Source: Spirogloea muscicola
Lineage: Eukaryota
Assembly: GCA_009602725.1 (NCBI GenBank)
Contig: WELB01000017.1
Span: 214,184-264,436, forward strand
DNA length: 50,253 bases
Reading direction: 5' to 3'
The notes beneath the pieces are model-generated. The model was not told the origin of the DNA. It saw only the letters and a program-made list of their open reading frames with translations, and did not search any database. The translations under genes were made by a program, and so were the position numbers. Below, in pieces: positions 23,514-34,624 of the stretch. Each line of letters begins with the position of its first letter. The stretch's first letter is position 1.

Positions 23514-26391
23514 TCAGATGATGCGAAGCTCTTTGCCTGTGTATGTGAACGCTTCCACAGCCTTCTCCAGCTGCGGTTCTGTGTGTTCCGCAGAGAGCTG
23601 CACGCGTATTCGTGCAGCCCCCTTGGGCACAACCTGTAAAATACTTCACCATGCTGGATAAGTCTCAGAGTAATCACTTGCATGGCCATCAGAACAATCT
23701 TCTTCACTCAGCCACATTTGTCTTCAGTGGTCAAAAGTGCAGCAAAAGTAACTGCAGGCCTCTGAGTTTCTCAACGACAGCAAAGACTCCTAGTGCAGAC
23801 CAACAACCTTGCATACCATGTTGTTTTAGCAAAGCTGGAGAAGGGGGTGGGGTAGGGGTACCCATTACCGGATAAGAGAAGCCAACCACATATACACCCC
23901 TCTGGAGCATCTTGTCAGCAACCTCGTGGGCCAGCCTAGCATCCCCAAGCATGATTGGCACAATTGGGTGATCACCCTCCTTGATCTGGAATCCTGCCCT
24001 CGTCATCTCTCGCCTAAAGTAGGCCGTGTTGGCTGCCAGCCTGTCACGCAGCTCCGTGCTGCATAGGAGAGATAATGAAGTTATGCATTAATATTCTGAC
24101 CCCACTTCAGGTGCACACCTCCAGATAGATGATCCTACTAAGCGATAGCCGTCTACTGACCTCTCCATGAGGAGCCCAAGGGCGGCAATGCTTGCGGCTG
24201 CAACTGGCGGCGCAAGCGTGTTGGAGAAGAGATATGGCCGGGCTTTCTGCCGGAGCAATTCCACCACCTCCGCTTTCCCCGTCGTGTACCCGCCTGTCGC
24301 GCCTCCCAGCGCCTGCACTCAACTGGCTCGACCAGCCCACCGGTGAGCCGTGGCAGGCAGAGACAAGCAGTAGTTGGCGTAGTCCTGATAGCAACGCTAA
24401 AGCATCCTAGCCCAAGTCCTGGAATCTACCAGACATGTCTGCTTGAAAGAACACGCAATGGAGCTCACGCCCATTGCTGGAAAATGATGCAACGATGGTG
24501 ATAATTCCTTCTCATACCCAACCCGGTGACCTGATGAATGCAGGCTTGCCAGTCACCATATTGGAGCTTACGGACGGGTTCAGAGTAAGGCTCTCAGATC
24601 TCTTTCAGTGATTTGTGGAGCACCAAGAGAGGTAGGGATGTGAAATGCAACCTTGCCCAAGGTCGAGTTGATGATGTCCATCTGGCCAAAGACGCCGCAG
24701 TGCTCGTCCGTACCCCTGCCGGTCCTGCCTAGGAAGCCTGTCGCGTGGCAATCGTCTACAAAGACCGCAGCATTGTATGCATCCGCCAGCTCCCGGATCC
24801 TGGCCAGCGGGGCTACGTGGCCATCCATGGAGAAGACGCCGTCTGTGGCTATCTGCAAGAGCAACATGACCAGGAAGCAGCTCCAGCTTTGTAGTACGTT
24901 TTCAGGGCATTGCGCCTGCTGCTGTCAAGGCATGCAGCTTAATGCTGCAGCTAAAGAAGTGTGGTCAAGATGTTGCATGGTTGCAAAGTACGCATTGGAG
25001 AGCACAGCCTGTACACAGGTCTGCCATCTAGAGGATAATAGAAATGTCACTATCTACAGCTTCTCAATCAGGCAGAGTGCATATAGGCAGATAAGTTCGT
25101 CAATTTTAACAGCTTGTCGAGCCATTGCAAGTGCAGGTTGATGCTTCTGCCAACAGGGAGTGCAGGTTCACCAGCCGCAGTCGCTCTCCTTGGGTCTCGG
25201 CTAGGCAGCGCTCAAGATCGGCCATGTCGAGGTGCTTATACCGCAGCCGCTTTGCCTTGCAGAGGCGGATGCCGTCAATGATCGATGCGTGATTGAGCTC
25301 GTCGCTGATCACTGCATCCTCGGCAGTAAGGAGCGCCTCAAAGAGGCCGCCATTTGCGTCGAAGCAGCTGCATGGATGATGTCCAGGCAACCAATCCGTG
25401 AACCATTAGCTTTTAGCCCCACAAGAGCTTCAGCAGAGCAGCTTGAGTTTGTGGACGAACACCAAGTGCTGTTGTTGGGGCTCAGCATTCGCAGACCAAG
25501 TCTTGGGCTTGCCTGGGGAAGAGAATGGTGTCCTCAGTGCCGTGGAAGTCAGACAGCTTCCTCTCCAGCTGCTTATGCAAGTCCTGCTCGTACAGGGAGG
25601 GAGATGGACGTGCCTCAGCTGCAGAGCCGCTGCAGCTTTCTCCAACATGGGCACGTAGCGAAGACAGTCCTCTTCTGACTGCAGTGGCGGGACCCTCAGC
25701 TGGTCAGCTGAGGGTCAGGGTCCGGCACGCCCACCTGCGTGCCGCAGATGAAGCGCACGGAGGAGAGGCCGAAGCCGCGGGCATCGAGCGCTTCGCGGGC
25801 GGCGGCCACCAGCCGCGGGTGGTTGCTCAGCCCGAGATAGTTGTTGGCGCACAGATTGAGCACCTCGCCATCACTGCATCGAGAGGCGAGCATGGCGCAG
25901 GCAAGCGGCCACATGAGGCTGGCCTCCGGGGGCCGGCGCCGCTGCCTCCGCACAGCTCGCTGGCCATGAGCTAATTGAATTGGCTGAGCTTGCATGAGGC
26001 GTATAGCAATTATAACATCAAATGTATGTTATAATTGTAGCTCAGCTCAGCTCAGCTCGGCTCAGCTCAGCTCAGCACGGCTCAGCTCAGCTCGGCTCAG
26101 CTCGGCTCAGCTCGGCTCAGCAGAGAGCGCTGGCGGGGACGCACATGCCTCTGCGCGACGGCGACGGACGAGCCCTGCGGCGACGTGATGACGCGCTCCG
26201 CCTTCCACGTCCCCGCGCCGCGCACCTCCTCCAGCTGCCGCCGCACTACCTGCGCAGCGGGGCGGTGGCGGCCGCCCGGTCAGCGCAGCTGCCTCCGGCA
26301 GCTCCGCGCCCGCCGCCGCCGTCGCCGCCGTGAGAGGCGGCGCCTCCTGCGGGCGTCCGAGGGAAGGCGCACTTCGACGAGCGCCTGGCCG
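23514..26391 (-). CDS. kbl: 2-amino-3-ketobutyrate CoA ligase (glycine C-acetyltransferase); start lies in the N gap
   Basis: Motifs: [11 protein letters not shown] (26249-26149), [89 protein letters not shown] (PLP lysine), [17 protein letters not shown]. Stop TGA at 23514-23516. Confidence 0.92.
26040..26121. repeat. (GCTCA/GCTCG)n pentanucleotide microsatellite in a kbl intron
   Basis: About 16 tandem GCTC(A/G) units are directly visible. Confidence 0.9.
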
Positions 26392-26816
26392 NNNNNNNNN
26401 NNNNNNNNNNNNNNNNNNNNNNNNNNNNNNNNNNNNNNNNNNNNNNNNNNNNNNNNNNNNNNNNNNNNNNNNNNNNNNNNNNNNNNNNNNNNNNNNNNNN
26501 NNNNNNNNNNNNNNNNNNNNNNNNNNNNNNNNNNNNNNNNNNNNNNNNNNNNNNNNNNNNNNNNNNNNNNNNNNNNNNNNNNNNNNNNNNNNNNNNNNNN
26601 NNNNNNNNNNNNNNNNNNNNNNNNNNNNNNNNNNNNNNNNNNNNNNNNNNNNNNNNNNNNNNNNNNNNNNNNNNCCCCCCCCCCCCCCCCCCCGCCCGCT
26701 CCTCTCGCCGCCGTCGGCGCCGCAGTCCCCGCCGGCTGCGCCGCGCCCGCCGCGCGGCAGGCCTACCCGCGGAGAAGAATGGTCGTGGTGGCGGCGGCGG
26801 CGACGGCGGCGGCGGC

Positions 26817-27502
26817 ATGCCTTCGTCCTGCAAGGGCCTGGCGCTGGAGCTCGTCAAGTGCCTCGCCGACAGCGACTGCGTCAAGGCGAGGCTCCTCAGC
26901 TCCTCGCCCGCGACGGCGCGGCGCGGCTGCTCCGCGGCCGCGGCGAGGCCTACGCCGCAGACGGCCACGTCCATGGCATCCAGGCTCCGCGGCCGCTCTG
27001 CCGTGAGCTGATCTGGTGGCAATGCCTGCCATGTGCTGCGGCCATCGCCAGGTAGAGAAGCGGAGCTACAAGGAGTGCGCCGGGGAGGCCCCGCCGGCCG
27101 TGCCCGCGCGCTGCGTCGGCCTCCGCGAGACCTACTTCAATTGCAAGCGTGGCCAGGTGCCCCCCGCTAGGCCGCCCGAGCCTTGCCCTGCCGCCAACCA
27201 CTGCCTGCAGCCCGGTGGTGGCTGCAAACGATTGCCATGGATCGGGGGCCCGCCTGAGAAGAACCTGGCAAGCGGCAGCTGTGTTGTCCTGCCGCTGCAT
27301 GGACGTCAGATCAGCATGCAATGCTGCAAAGAGCCAAGCCTTTTGGCTCAAAATCCAAGCAGCAGCCTAACCTTACCGAGGGGCTGGTCCTTATATATCA
27401 CATTAAGGTGCTGCTCTTGGGTTCCATCAGTTAATATTCCCTCTATACTGGTGGTTGCAGGTGGACATGCGCACGCGGATCAAGGGGAACAAGGGCTACT
27501 GA
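26817..27502 (+). CDS. COA5: Cytochrome c oxidase assembly factor 5 (Pet191/COA5), 71 aa
   Basis: Exons 26817-26885, 27052-27156 and 27461-27502 give MPSSCKGLALELVKCLADSDCVK|VEKRSYKEC..CVGLRETYFNCKRGQ|VDMRTRIKGNKGY*. The twin-Cx9C pattern and the DMRTRIxGN end are characteristic. Confidence 0.9.
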
Positions 27503-27613
27503 GCTCCCAGTAGGCGGCTCGCAGCTGAGTCACAGTGGTCGGCGCCCCTTGGTACAAGCGAAGCACAGGCTGACGACCACGTCCGAGGGGTGGGGCCGCC
27601 TCTGAGAGCCAAG

Positions 27614-30373
27614 ATGGCGATCACACAGGCGGGCCACATTCTGCTGCAGGAGCCCATCAAGCTGGGCTCCATCCTGCAGCCGTCCCCCCCCACGCACTTC
27701 ACGTCGCTCACCAAGGTCATGTGCACGCTCGGCCAGCAGTCCCGGTCCGTCGAGGTCATTGAAGACATGCTCGAGGCTGGCATGTCAGTCGCCCGCTTCG
27801 ACTTCTCCCAGGGCGATGCAGCGTATCATCAAGAGACCATTGACAACCTGCGCCAAGCTGTCCGGAACACCGGCAAGATTTGCGGGGTACTTACCCAATA
27901 ATAATCTGGCTCTTGTAGCTTGGCTCCATGCAGTGGCTTCAAACGCAAGTGTGTTGTCATAGTCTGGGAGTTACTGCAAGCTGTGCTTTATTACTTAATT
28001 GCATTGTGCATGGCATACCTGCAAGTACTTAATTGGTTACTTGCATCACTACGTCATCAATTTGTCGCAGGTGATGTTGGACACCATTGGTCCAGAGTTG
28101 CTTGTGATGAACAAGGCGGCAGACAAGCCTATCGACTTGGCAGCAGGAGCGGTGGTCCGCTTCACTCCCGACCTCTCGCAGGCTGCCTCTGCGGAGGTGC
28201 TGCCGGTCAATGCCACGGGACTGGCACAGTCGGCCAAAATTGGCACCACCATCTTCGTCGGCCAGTATCTCTTCACCGGCAGCGAGAAGAGCTCAGTCTG
28301 GTTTGAGGTACATTGACATTGACAGTGTGCTGGTACTCCTTGTTTGGAATGTCTTTCAGTTGCCTTTGCCTCCATGCACTCGTGCAGCCTGTTGTCCTTT
28401 GTCTACGAATGATGTGGAGGTCAAGTCACTGCAGTAAGTAGCAAGAGGCCGTTCTTCATTGTTTTAATTAGTTTGTTCTACCAGACTGATTGTGGACCGT
28501 TGGATTCTATAGGTGCTGGAGATACAAGGCGATGACGTTATATGTCGGGCAAAGAACAGCACAACACTGGCCGGTGCTCTCATCACTGTCTTTGCCGCTG
28601 GAGTGCACATGGATCTCCCGACCCTGAGTGAGCAGGACAAGGATGTCATATTCTCCTGGGGCGCACAGAACTGCATCGACTTCCTGTCACTCTCCTTCAC
28701 ACGGAATGCGGAGGACGTGAAGATAGCACGGAACGCCCTGAAGGATAATCCTCTGCTAGCGAGCACCCTCATCTTCGCCAAGATTGAGAGTGCGGAGGGC
28801 CTTGCAAAATTCGACGAGATCCTTGAGGAGGCCGATGGCATCATCCTTGGACGTGGCAATCTTGGCATTGATGTTCCACCAGAGAAGGTGCACCTTTGCC
28901 ATCTCATGTTGGAATCTGTGTGTGACTAGTGTGCATCTACTGCTTCGCTTCTTACACCGACCATGTACAGATGTTACGGACAGGCTTAATACTAGCAGGG
29001 AGATTCATTCTTACCTGTGCATAACTCATAAATGGTTATCCTTCAATGCCACTCTTCTTCCACTGTTTCCGCAGGTGGATCCCTGAAGAAGATGGCTCTC
29101 ACGAAGTGCTGTATGGTGGGCAAGCCAGGGATCATTACCCGAGTTGTTGACACAATGACTGACACTCCCCGTCCTACACGGGCAGAGGCAACTGACGTTG
29201 CAAATGCTGTTCTAGATGGTAATTACTCAGGAGTCCCTCTTCTCTGCTGCTTTAGTCACTCTGATTTGTTGTCGCTTGCCAGGGAATTGACAAGATGAGA
29301 AAGGCAGATGATCTCTACTTCTCACAATGGCTTGACTGCTCTCTGACTTATACAGCTTCACTCTGACTTGTACCCAACTTCTGTACACCTCATTGTGCCT
29401 AATTGCAGGAGCCGACGGCATAATGCTTGGGGCAGAGACCTTGCGGGGTTTGTATCCAGTCGAAGCAGTTGCCACAGTTGTGCGCATCTGTTCTGAAGCA
29501 GAGAAGGTGTACAACCATGGGCAGCACTTCAAGAAGGTCCTCAAATTTGTGGGCGAGCCCATGACCCACCTGGAGTCTATTGCATCGTCAGCGGTAAGTT
29601 AACCATACAATTTTGTAGCTTGCCCCGTCCATCAGAGTCTGTGTTTTCATGCCTTCATCGACTTGCTGTGCATTTTTGCTTGTTGCCAGTCTGCAGGCTC
29701 TGTCATTGCTGCTCCTTCTGCCAATATGATAGGCTGCACCAAGTAAGCTTAAGCCCCTGGACCTGCCACGACCAGGTGAGGGCGGCTGCCAAGGTGCTGG
29801 CATCAGTGATCATCGTCTTTTCGTACTCCACTCGAACTGCGCGCCTCATCGCCAAGTACCGGCCCTCCATGCCAGTCATAGTCGTTGTGATTCCTCGGCT
29901 GGTCACCAACCAGCTTTCATGGACTTTACTTGGACAGACTCAGGTGACATTCTTTTCTGTATTACTTAGCTTGAACAAGCCACAGACTGCTCAACACAGT
30001 AGCAACTGCAGTCAGATTGCTTCTAGACAGATATAGCTGCAGCTATTCACAGCACACCTCCTAATGAGATTACCACACAAAGAATTGCCGAATGTAGGAA
30101 GAGGAGACCACGGCTTCTCTAACTAGCACTTATTGTTCCTTGAGATGTATGTGACTGCAGGCCAGGCAGGTCAATGCGAGTAGGGGCCTATTCCCGCTAC
30201 TTGCAGACCCGAAGGTGCAGGCGCCGGGGTCCACGCACTCCAACGAGTCCATTCTGAAGGGAGCAATCATGCACTGCCGCTCCGTGGGCATCGTGCAGCC
30301 AAATGACCGAGTGGTTGTCTGCCAACGGCTTGGAGGCCACCAGGTCATTAAGATCGTCGAGTTGAGTGGCTAG
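27614..30373 (+). CDS. Pyruvate kinase, plant cytosolic type
   Basis: Exons ~27614-27887, 28071-28307, 28513-28887, 29075-29218, 29409-29593, 29776-29943 and 30161-30373. Motifs: [79 protein letters not shown]. One junction has a phase problem (see findings). Confidence 0.9.
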
Positions 30374-32199
30374 ATCTGACTTGCACATGGCCCAGAGGCT
30401 CACACGACATCTTAGGACCTCAGAGGCCTTCCGATAAGCGCAGTCGATGCATTGGCCTGCAGCAGGCCAATGTAAAAGTCCTCGTCTGTGCTTGTCCATG
30501 GCAGCCCACTGCCTGCACATATGTGCAGCGCCTGTGGCCAAGGATGTGTATAGTTGGCATCAGTACATATTCTTACTTCCATCTCCGTCTTCTTGGCCAG
30601 GGCCGATTGGGCCTTTCTTCAGTGTCAGCTCTTATTCCTGTCTTATGAACCACTGCATCCAATTGACATGCTGCAGCACACCATGCCAGCAGGAAGTATG
30701 ACTTTGATGTGGGCTGCTGCGAACCCGCTACATGGTATCGATTTAGACTGCAAGGGCTGTTCAGCCCTGTCATACTGTAAGACCAAGGCAAAACTGCGTG
30801 GATTACCCTATGAATTTCTGGGCCTGCACAATGGGTAGGCATGTGCAGGTTTCTAGCTGTGCTACGCCTTCCTTTGGTCCCGAGGAAAGGCATGCCCTGG
30901 AGTAGGCCACATGCCGTCCTCCACTTGACTGCCTTCAGATTTACATGTGGTGTTGCCTACTAAGTAGTCACTCGCGCCACTTTGTAGACTAGCCTCTTCT
31001 GGACCAACATGTTAGTGCAGGTGAAGCCAGGTCGATCACTTGCCATCCCTGAGCTGCACAATTGCAAAAGTGGACAACTGAAAGCCCTAGCCATGAACTG
31101 GGGTAAGTCGAGAGGGAGGCAGGCACCAGAGGGGTCCACCAGGTACAGATTGAGCAGGATATGCGCTTTCAGTGGATGGATCAGAATGTCAGTAAATAGG
31201 CTGCAAACGGTAAAACGATGGCAGGTCAACGATGCTGAAAGGACGACGTGACTCGGAATGCCCCAGGATGCTGTTGTAATTATGCCTCCCTTGTTATACA
31301 GTATTGGTTACTCGTACCTTGGCTAGAAATGAGGCACAAGGCGTGAAGCAGCTTGATGCGCAGCTGAGCCCCTTGAGGAGCTTATTGTGCTTCGCCTGTG
31401 CATGTGGGAGGTCACTGTCAAACGGGTACATTCAACAACCAGATCAGAATCAAGCATGAGTTGACACCGCACTGCTGTACTTGGTGACATGCAAGCCCTG
31501 ACAGGAGGACGCATCTTCAGATGATCATCATCTCACGTTATACTCACTTGACGAGGCTGTGCAGGTGCTTAGGTCAGAATTACTTGGAACATGGAAAGTG
31601 GTGCATGCCTGAAAAAACCTGCTCCTGCGTTATAATATATGGCTGCATGTCATGGGACACTGAAGGGACCGAGAACGTCGAGGGTGCCCCGTCGCAAGCC
31701 TAGTGTTGCTTACTGTATATACATGACGCAAGATACTGTTACTACTGCGAAGCCAGCAGCAGGAGAACATTGTTCAAGACGATATTCAGGAGAAGCATAG
31801 CTGAATCTGCCACTTGGTTTGTAGAAAGGGGATGACGATCCTCTTGGATCTTCTTGAGGCCTGAGGCCTGAGGTTGGGATGACGCGTAGTTGGGCCAGCT
31901 TCACAGCAGTATGGATGAAGGTCGCTACTGTCAGAGTATGCATCTCACTAAGGAGGATACAGCAGAGTGCTGAATGTTTGGATCAGGCTTGCAAAGCGTT
32001 TCACAGGAGTGGAATATAAGTTGGAAGGGTGGTTGCCACTTATCAACCAAGGAGCTGCTACCAAAGTTCCTAAAGGGAGCTCGGCTGGTTCCACTCGCGT
32101 CTGGTCTCCAGCCATGGTCAGTCTCGCCGCCGCCACAGCTGGAAGCTGCCAGCTCCAGCCAGCTCCAGCAAGTACAAGGAGACCGTGGCTGTGCCCGAC

Positions 32200-34230
32200 G
32201 AGAGAGACGCTTCCAGTAGAGGGCGATGGCTGTGAATGGCCAGCCCAGAAGAAAGAATGAGCAAAGTCTGACTCTGCCACAACGGCCAGTCAAGCTGCCG
32301 GCGACGATAGCTGTGTGGTTTTGGCATTCCATCCGGCCCCTTCAGACCTTTTTTACTCCTTTGGCTGGCCTCTCACAGCCACCAGTCAACTTAAGAGCGC
32401 TGTTTTTCTATGACGCCTTTCCTTGTCCATTCTTTTCTGGGCTGGCCATTCACAGCCCCCGCCCCCTTCCGAAGAGATCACTTCTAATCTTGCGGCCCTT
32501 CGAGAGAAGGCGCGCGGTGCCCTTCGGCCCTTGTTCATGACGAGGCCCACCACGGCCCCATCACGGCCCCAGCGGCGGCGGCTCCAATGTGGGAGCGGCC
32601 GCTGCGCCGTCTCGGGCCCGCCGCTTCGCCTCTCCCTCGTGGGACCGGAGCGAGCCACTTGTCGCGCTCCACGTCGACGAGCCTGAGCCCAGCTCGAGCG
32701 GCCAGCCGGCCGGCCGAACAGCTTTCCCCCGACGTTCTCTGGCACATCTGGCCATCGATCGTCGGCACGATCAGCAAGGTGAGCTGCCCGGCTTCAACCA
32801 GCTCTCACGTCACGCCATCGTCCGCCGCTTCCATTGGGAGCCGGTTTCATGCAGCCGGGTCGCTAGCGCAGGTGTACCGCATGCGCTTGGCCGTCTCGCT
32901 GCAGAAGAAGTGGCACTCCCAATGGGGGCAAGGGCTGCGAAAAGCCAGCCCAAAGCTGCAGAGGTCTATGGCCCGCGCACTGCACCTGCGTGCCGGCAGA
33001 GCCCTCGCTGCTGCCTCTGGTTCTGGCCAGGGCACCCGCTTCCAGGAGCCAAGTTTCTCTGACCTGAGGCTGCTTAGCAGGGGTTACTGATTGCTTCGTA
33101 GCTGCTTAGTTTCTTTTTGTGCTTGTTATTCTTTGTGCTTCCCCTGGCCCCTTCTCGTACTTTCTTTTTTCTTTTTTGGGCTGGCTTTTCCCAGCCCCTA
33201 CCCGCAATGGGCGAGCCTCTTCTCTTTCAACGCTGCTGGATCGCTAGCCCAAGTACTCCGCATGCGGCTCTCTGTCTGCTTCCAACGCTCCCTGGCTCAC
33301 GCCGTGCACTTGCGGGCAGGCCGCACTACGGCTGCTGCCTCTGGGTCTCGTCGGGGTGCCTCCTTTTCAGCTGCAAGTTACTCTGACTTGCTGCTGCTAA
33401 CTCGGGGATAATAAGCTCCCCTCCGCTGTACTCTGGTGTAAAGCTTTGTGGTTTAGGCGCCTCTCGGCCTCTTTGGACCTTGTCCGTTATTTATGGGCTG
33501 GCCTGTCCCAGCCATTGCCTTGAATTGGAGAAGCTTTTTCTTCTCTAACCTCGTCCATACATTTCGAGCTGGCCTTCCTCTTTCGGCCCCTACAGATCTT
33601 ATCCAGTCTTTTTGGGCTGGCTTTCACAGCCTTCGCCCCTTTTGGATGAGCTTACTTTCACAGCGAGTAAATTTCGACGCCCAGGTCCGGATTTATATTA
33701 TACGGCTTGCTCTACCCTGTACAATGCGCTTTCGCTTAGATTGCAGTGCTCCAAAGATCTGACTATGAACCAGCGTGCTCGACGCCCTCTAGTTTAAGCC
33801 ACTCACCTCTGTGGCCATGCCCCGGCTCCCCAACTTAGCCTATCGATTTCGTATGTGCTCACTCGTACTATAATCACACTGTTACACTAGCCACCTTAGC
33901 ATAGGGCTTCGTGTTTTTTATAGCCCCACTGTTTGCCTTAGCTTTTGCTGGAACAGTGTACTGGCTTAAATTGGCCACCCTTTCATTTCATGCACACCGC
34001 GTGCCTTCATTCTTTGCCTGCAGCGTTCTCTGGCAAACGCCTTGCACTGCGTGCTGGTTGTGACCTGGCGGCCGCCTCAGGCTCTGGGCGGGGCGACTCC
34101 TCTCCGGCTTTCATTTCAATTTTCCCGCCTTCATGAGCTGGCCAACGCACAGCCGCCGTCCCCTTCTGGAAGAACTTTCTTTCAGACTGCTGCTTTGCCA
34201 GGTTTGCAGCTGCTGACTAGGCTTCTCTTT
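32200..34230 (+). mobile_element. Second cluster of CRE-like retrotransposon 3' fragments, the same family as 1-3860, with some inverted pieces
   Basis: AAGSLAQVYRMRLAVSLQ..RSMARALHLRAGRALAAASGSGQG..RGY* (32850-33090) is nearly identical to 625-809. Further copies lie at 33225-33411 and ~34030-34100. GGGCTGGC..CAGCC 3' motifs occur at ~32360, 32440, 33178, 33495 and 33613, with an inverted copy at ~32205-32270. Confidence 0.8.
32906..32954 (-). mobile_element. 49-bp retroposed 3' terminus inserted antisense, flanked by an 8-bp target-site duplication
   Basis: GCTGCAGA occurs at 32898-32905 and 32955-32962. The homologous empty site at 673-680 has a single GCTGCAGA. The reverse complement of the insert is TTTGGGCTGGCTTTTCGCAGCCCTTGCCCCCATTGGGAGTGCCACTTCT. 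Confidence 0.85.
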
Positions 34231-34624
34231 CCGACGGGTAGAACAGCCTGCTTACCCGTGCTCCTTGCCCTCTTGACTGCGGACTTTCGCTTTGTGTGGT
34301 CCCATTCTTGCAAGCACTTTCGCGTTTTGCATGTCCAGTCTATTTGCTTTGTCTTACTTCCATGTCACAACACCGCGCGGATTCTCTTTCCGACGATTCG
34401 TGTAGACTTCCAGCTTCCTCGCCGTCTTGGGCGCCCACGCAGCGGGGTGGCTTTCGGCCCGATCTCCCGTCGCGATAACTATCGGCAAAAGGCGAGCTGC
34501 AGGCCGCGCCCCCCCCCCCCTCTCGGGCGCCACGACCAGCCATGGCCGCCGCCAGAGGCCCGCCCCCCCTTCGACGGCGCCATCGATGGCGGCCGCGCCG
34601 CGGGCCTTGTTGCCGCCGCTCGTN

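Noticed and set aside
26392..26674. ORFs spanning N runs (also 4441-4483, 34624, 47168)
   Set aside because: These are assembly gaps in very GC-rich first exons, so reading frames across them are not meaningful.
33459..33480. CTCTCGGCCTCTTTGG as a U2 snRNA 5' end or a U2 target site
   Set aside because: The match is short and is not followed by the U2 branch-recognition sequence. It is part of the retroelement UTR.
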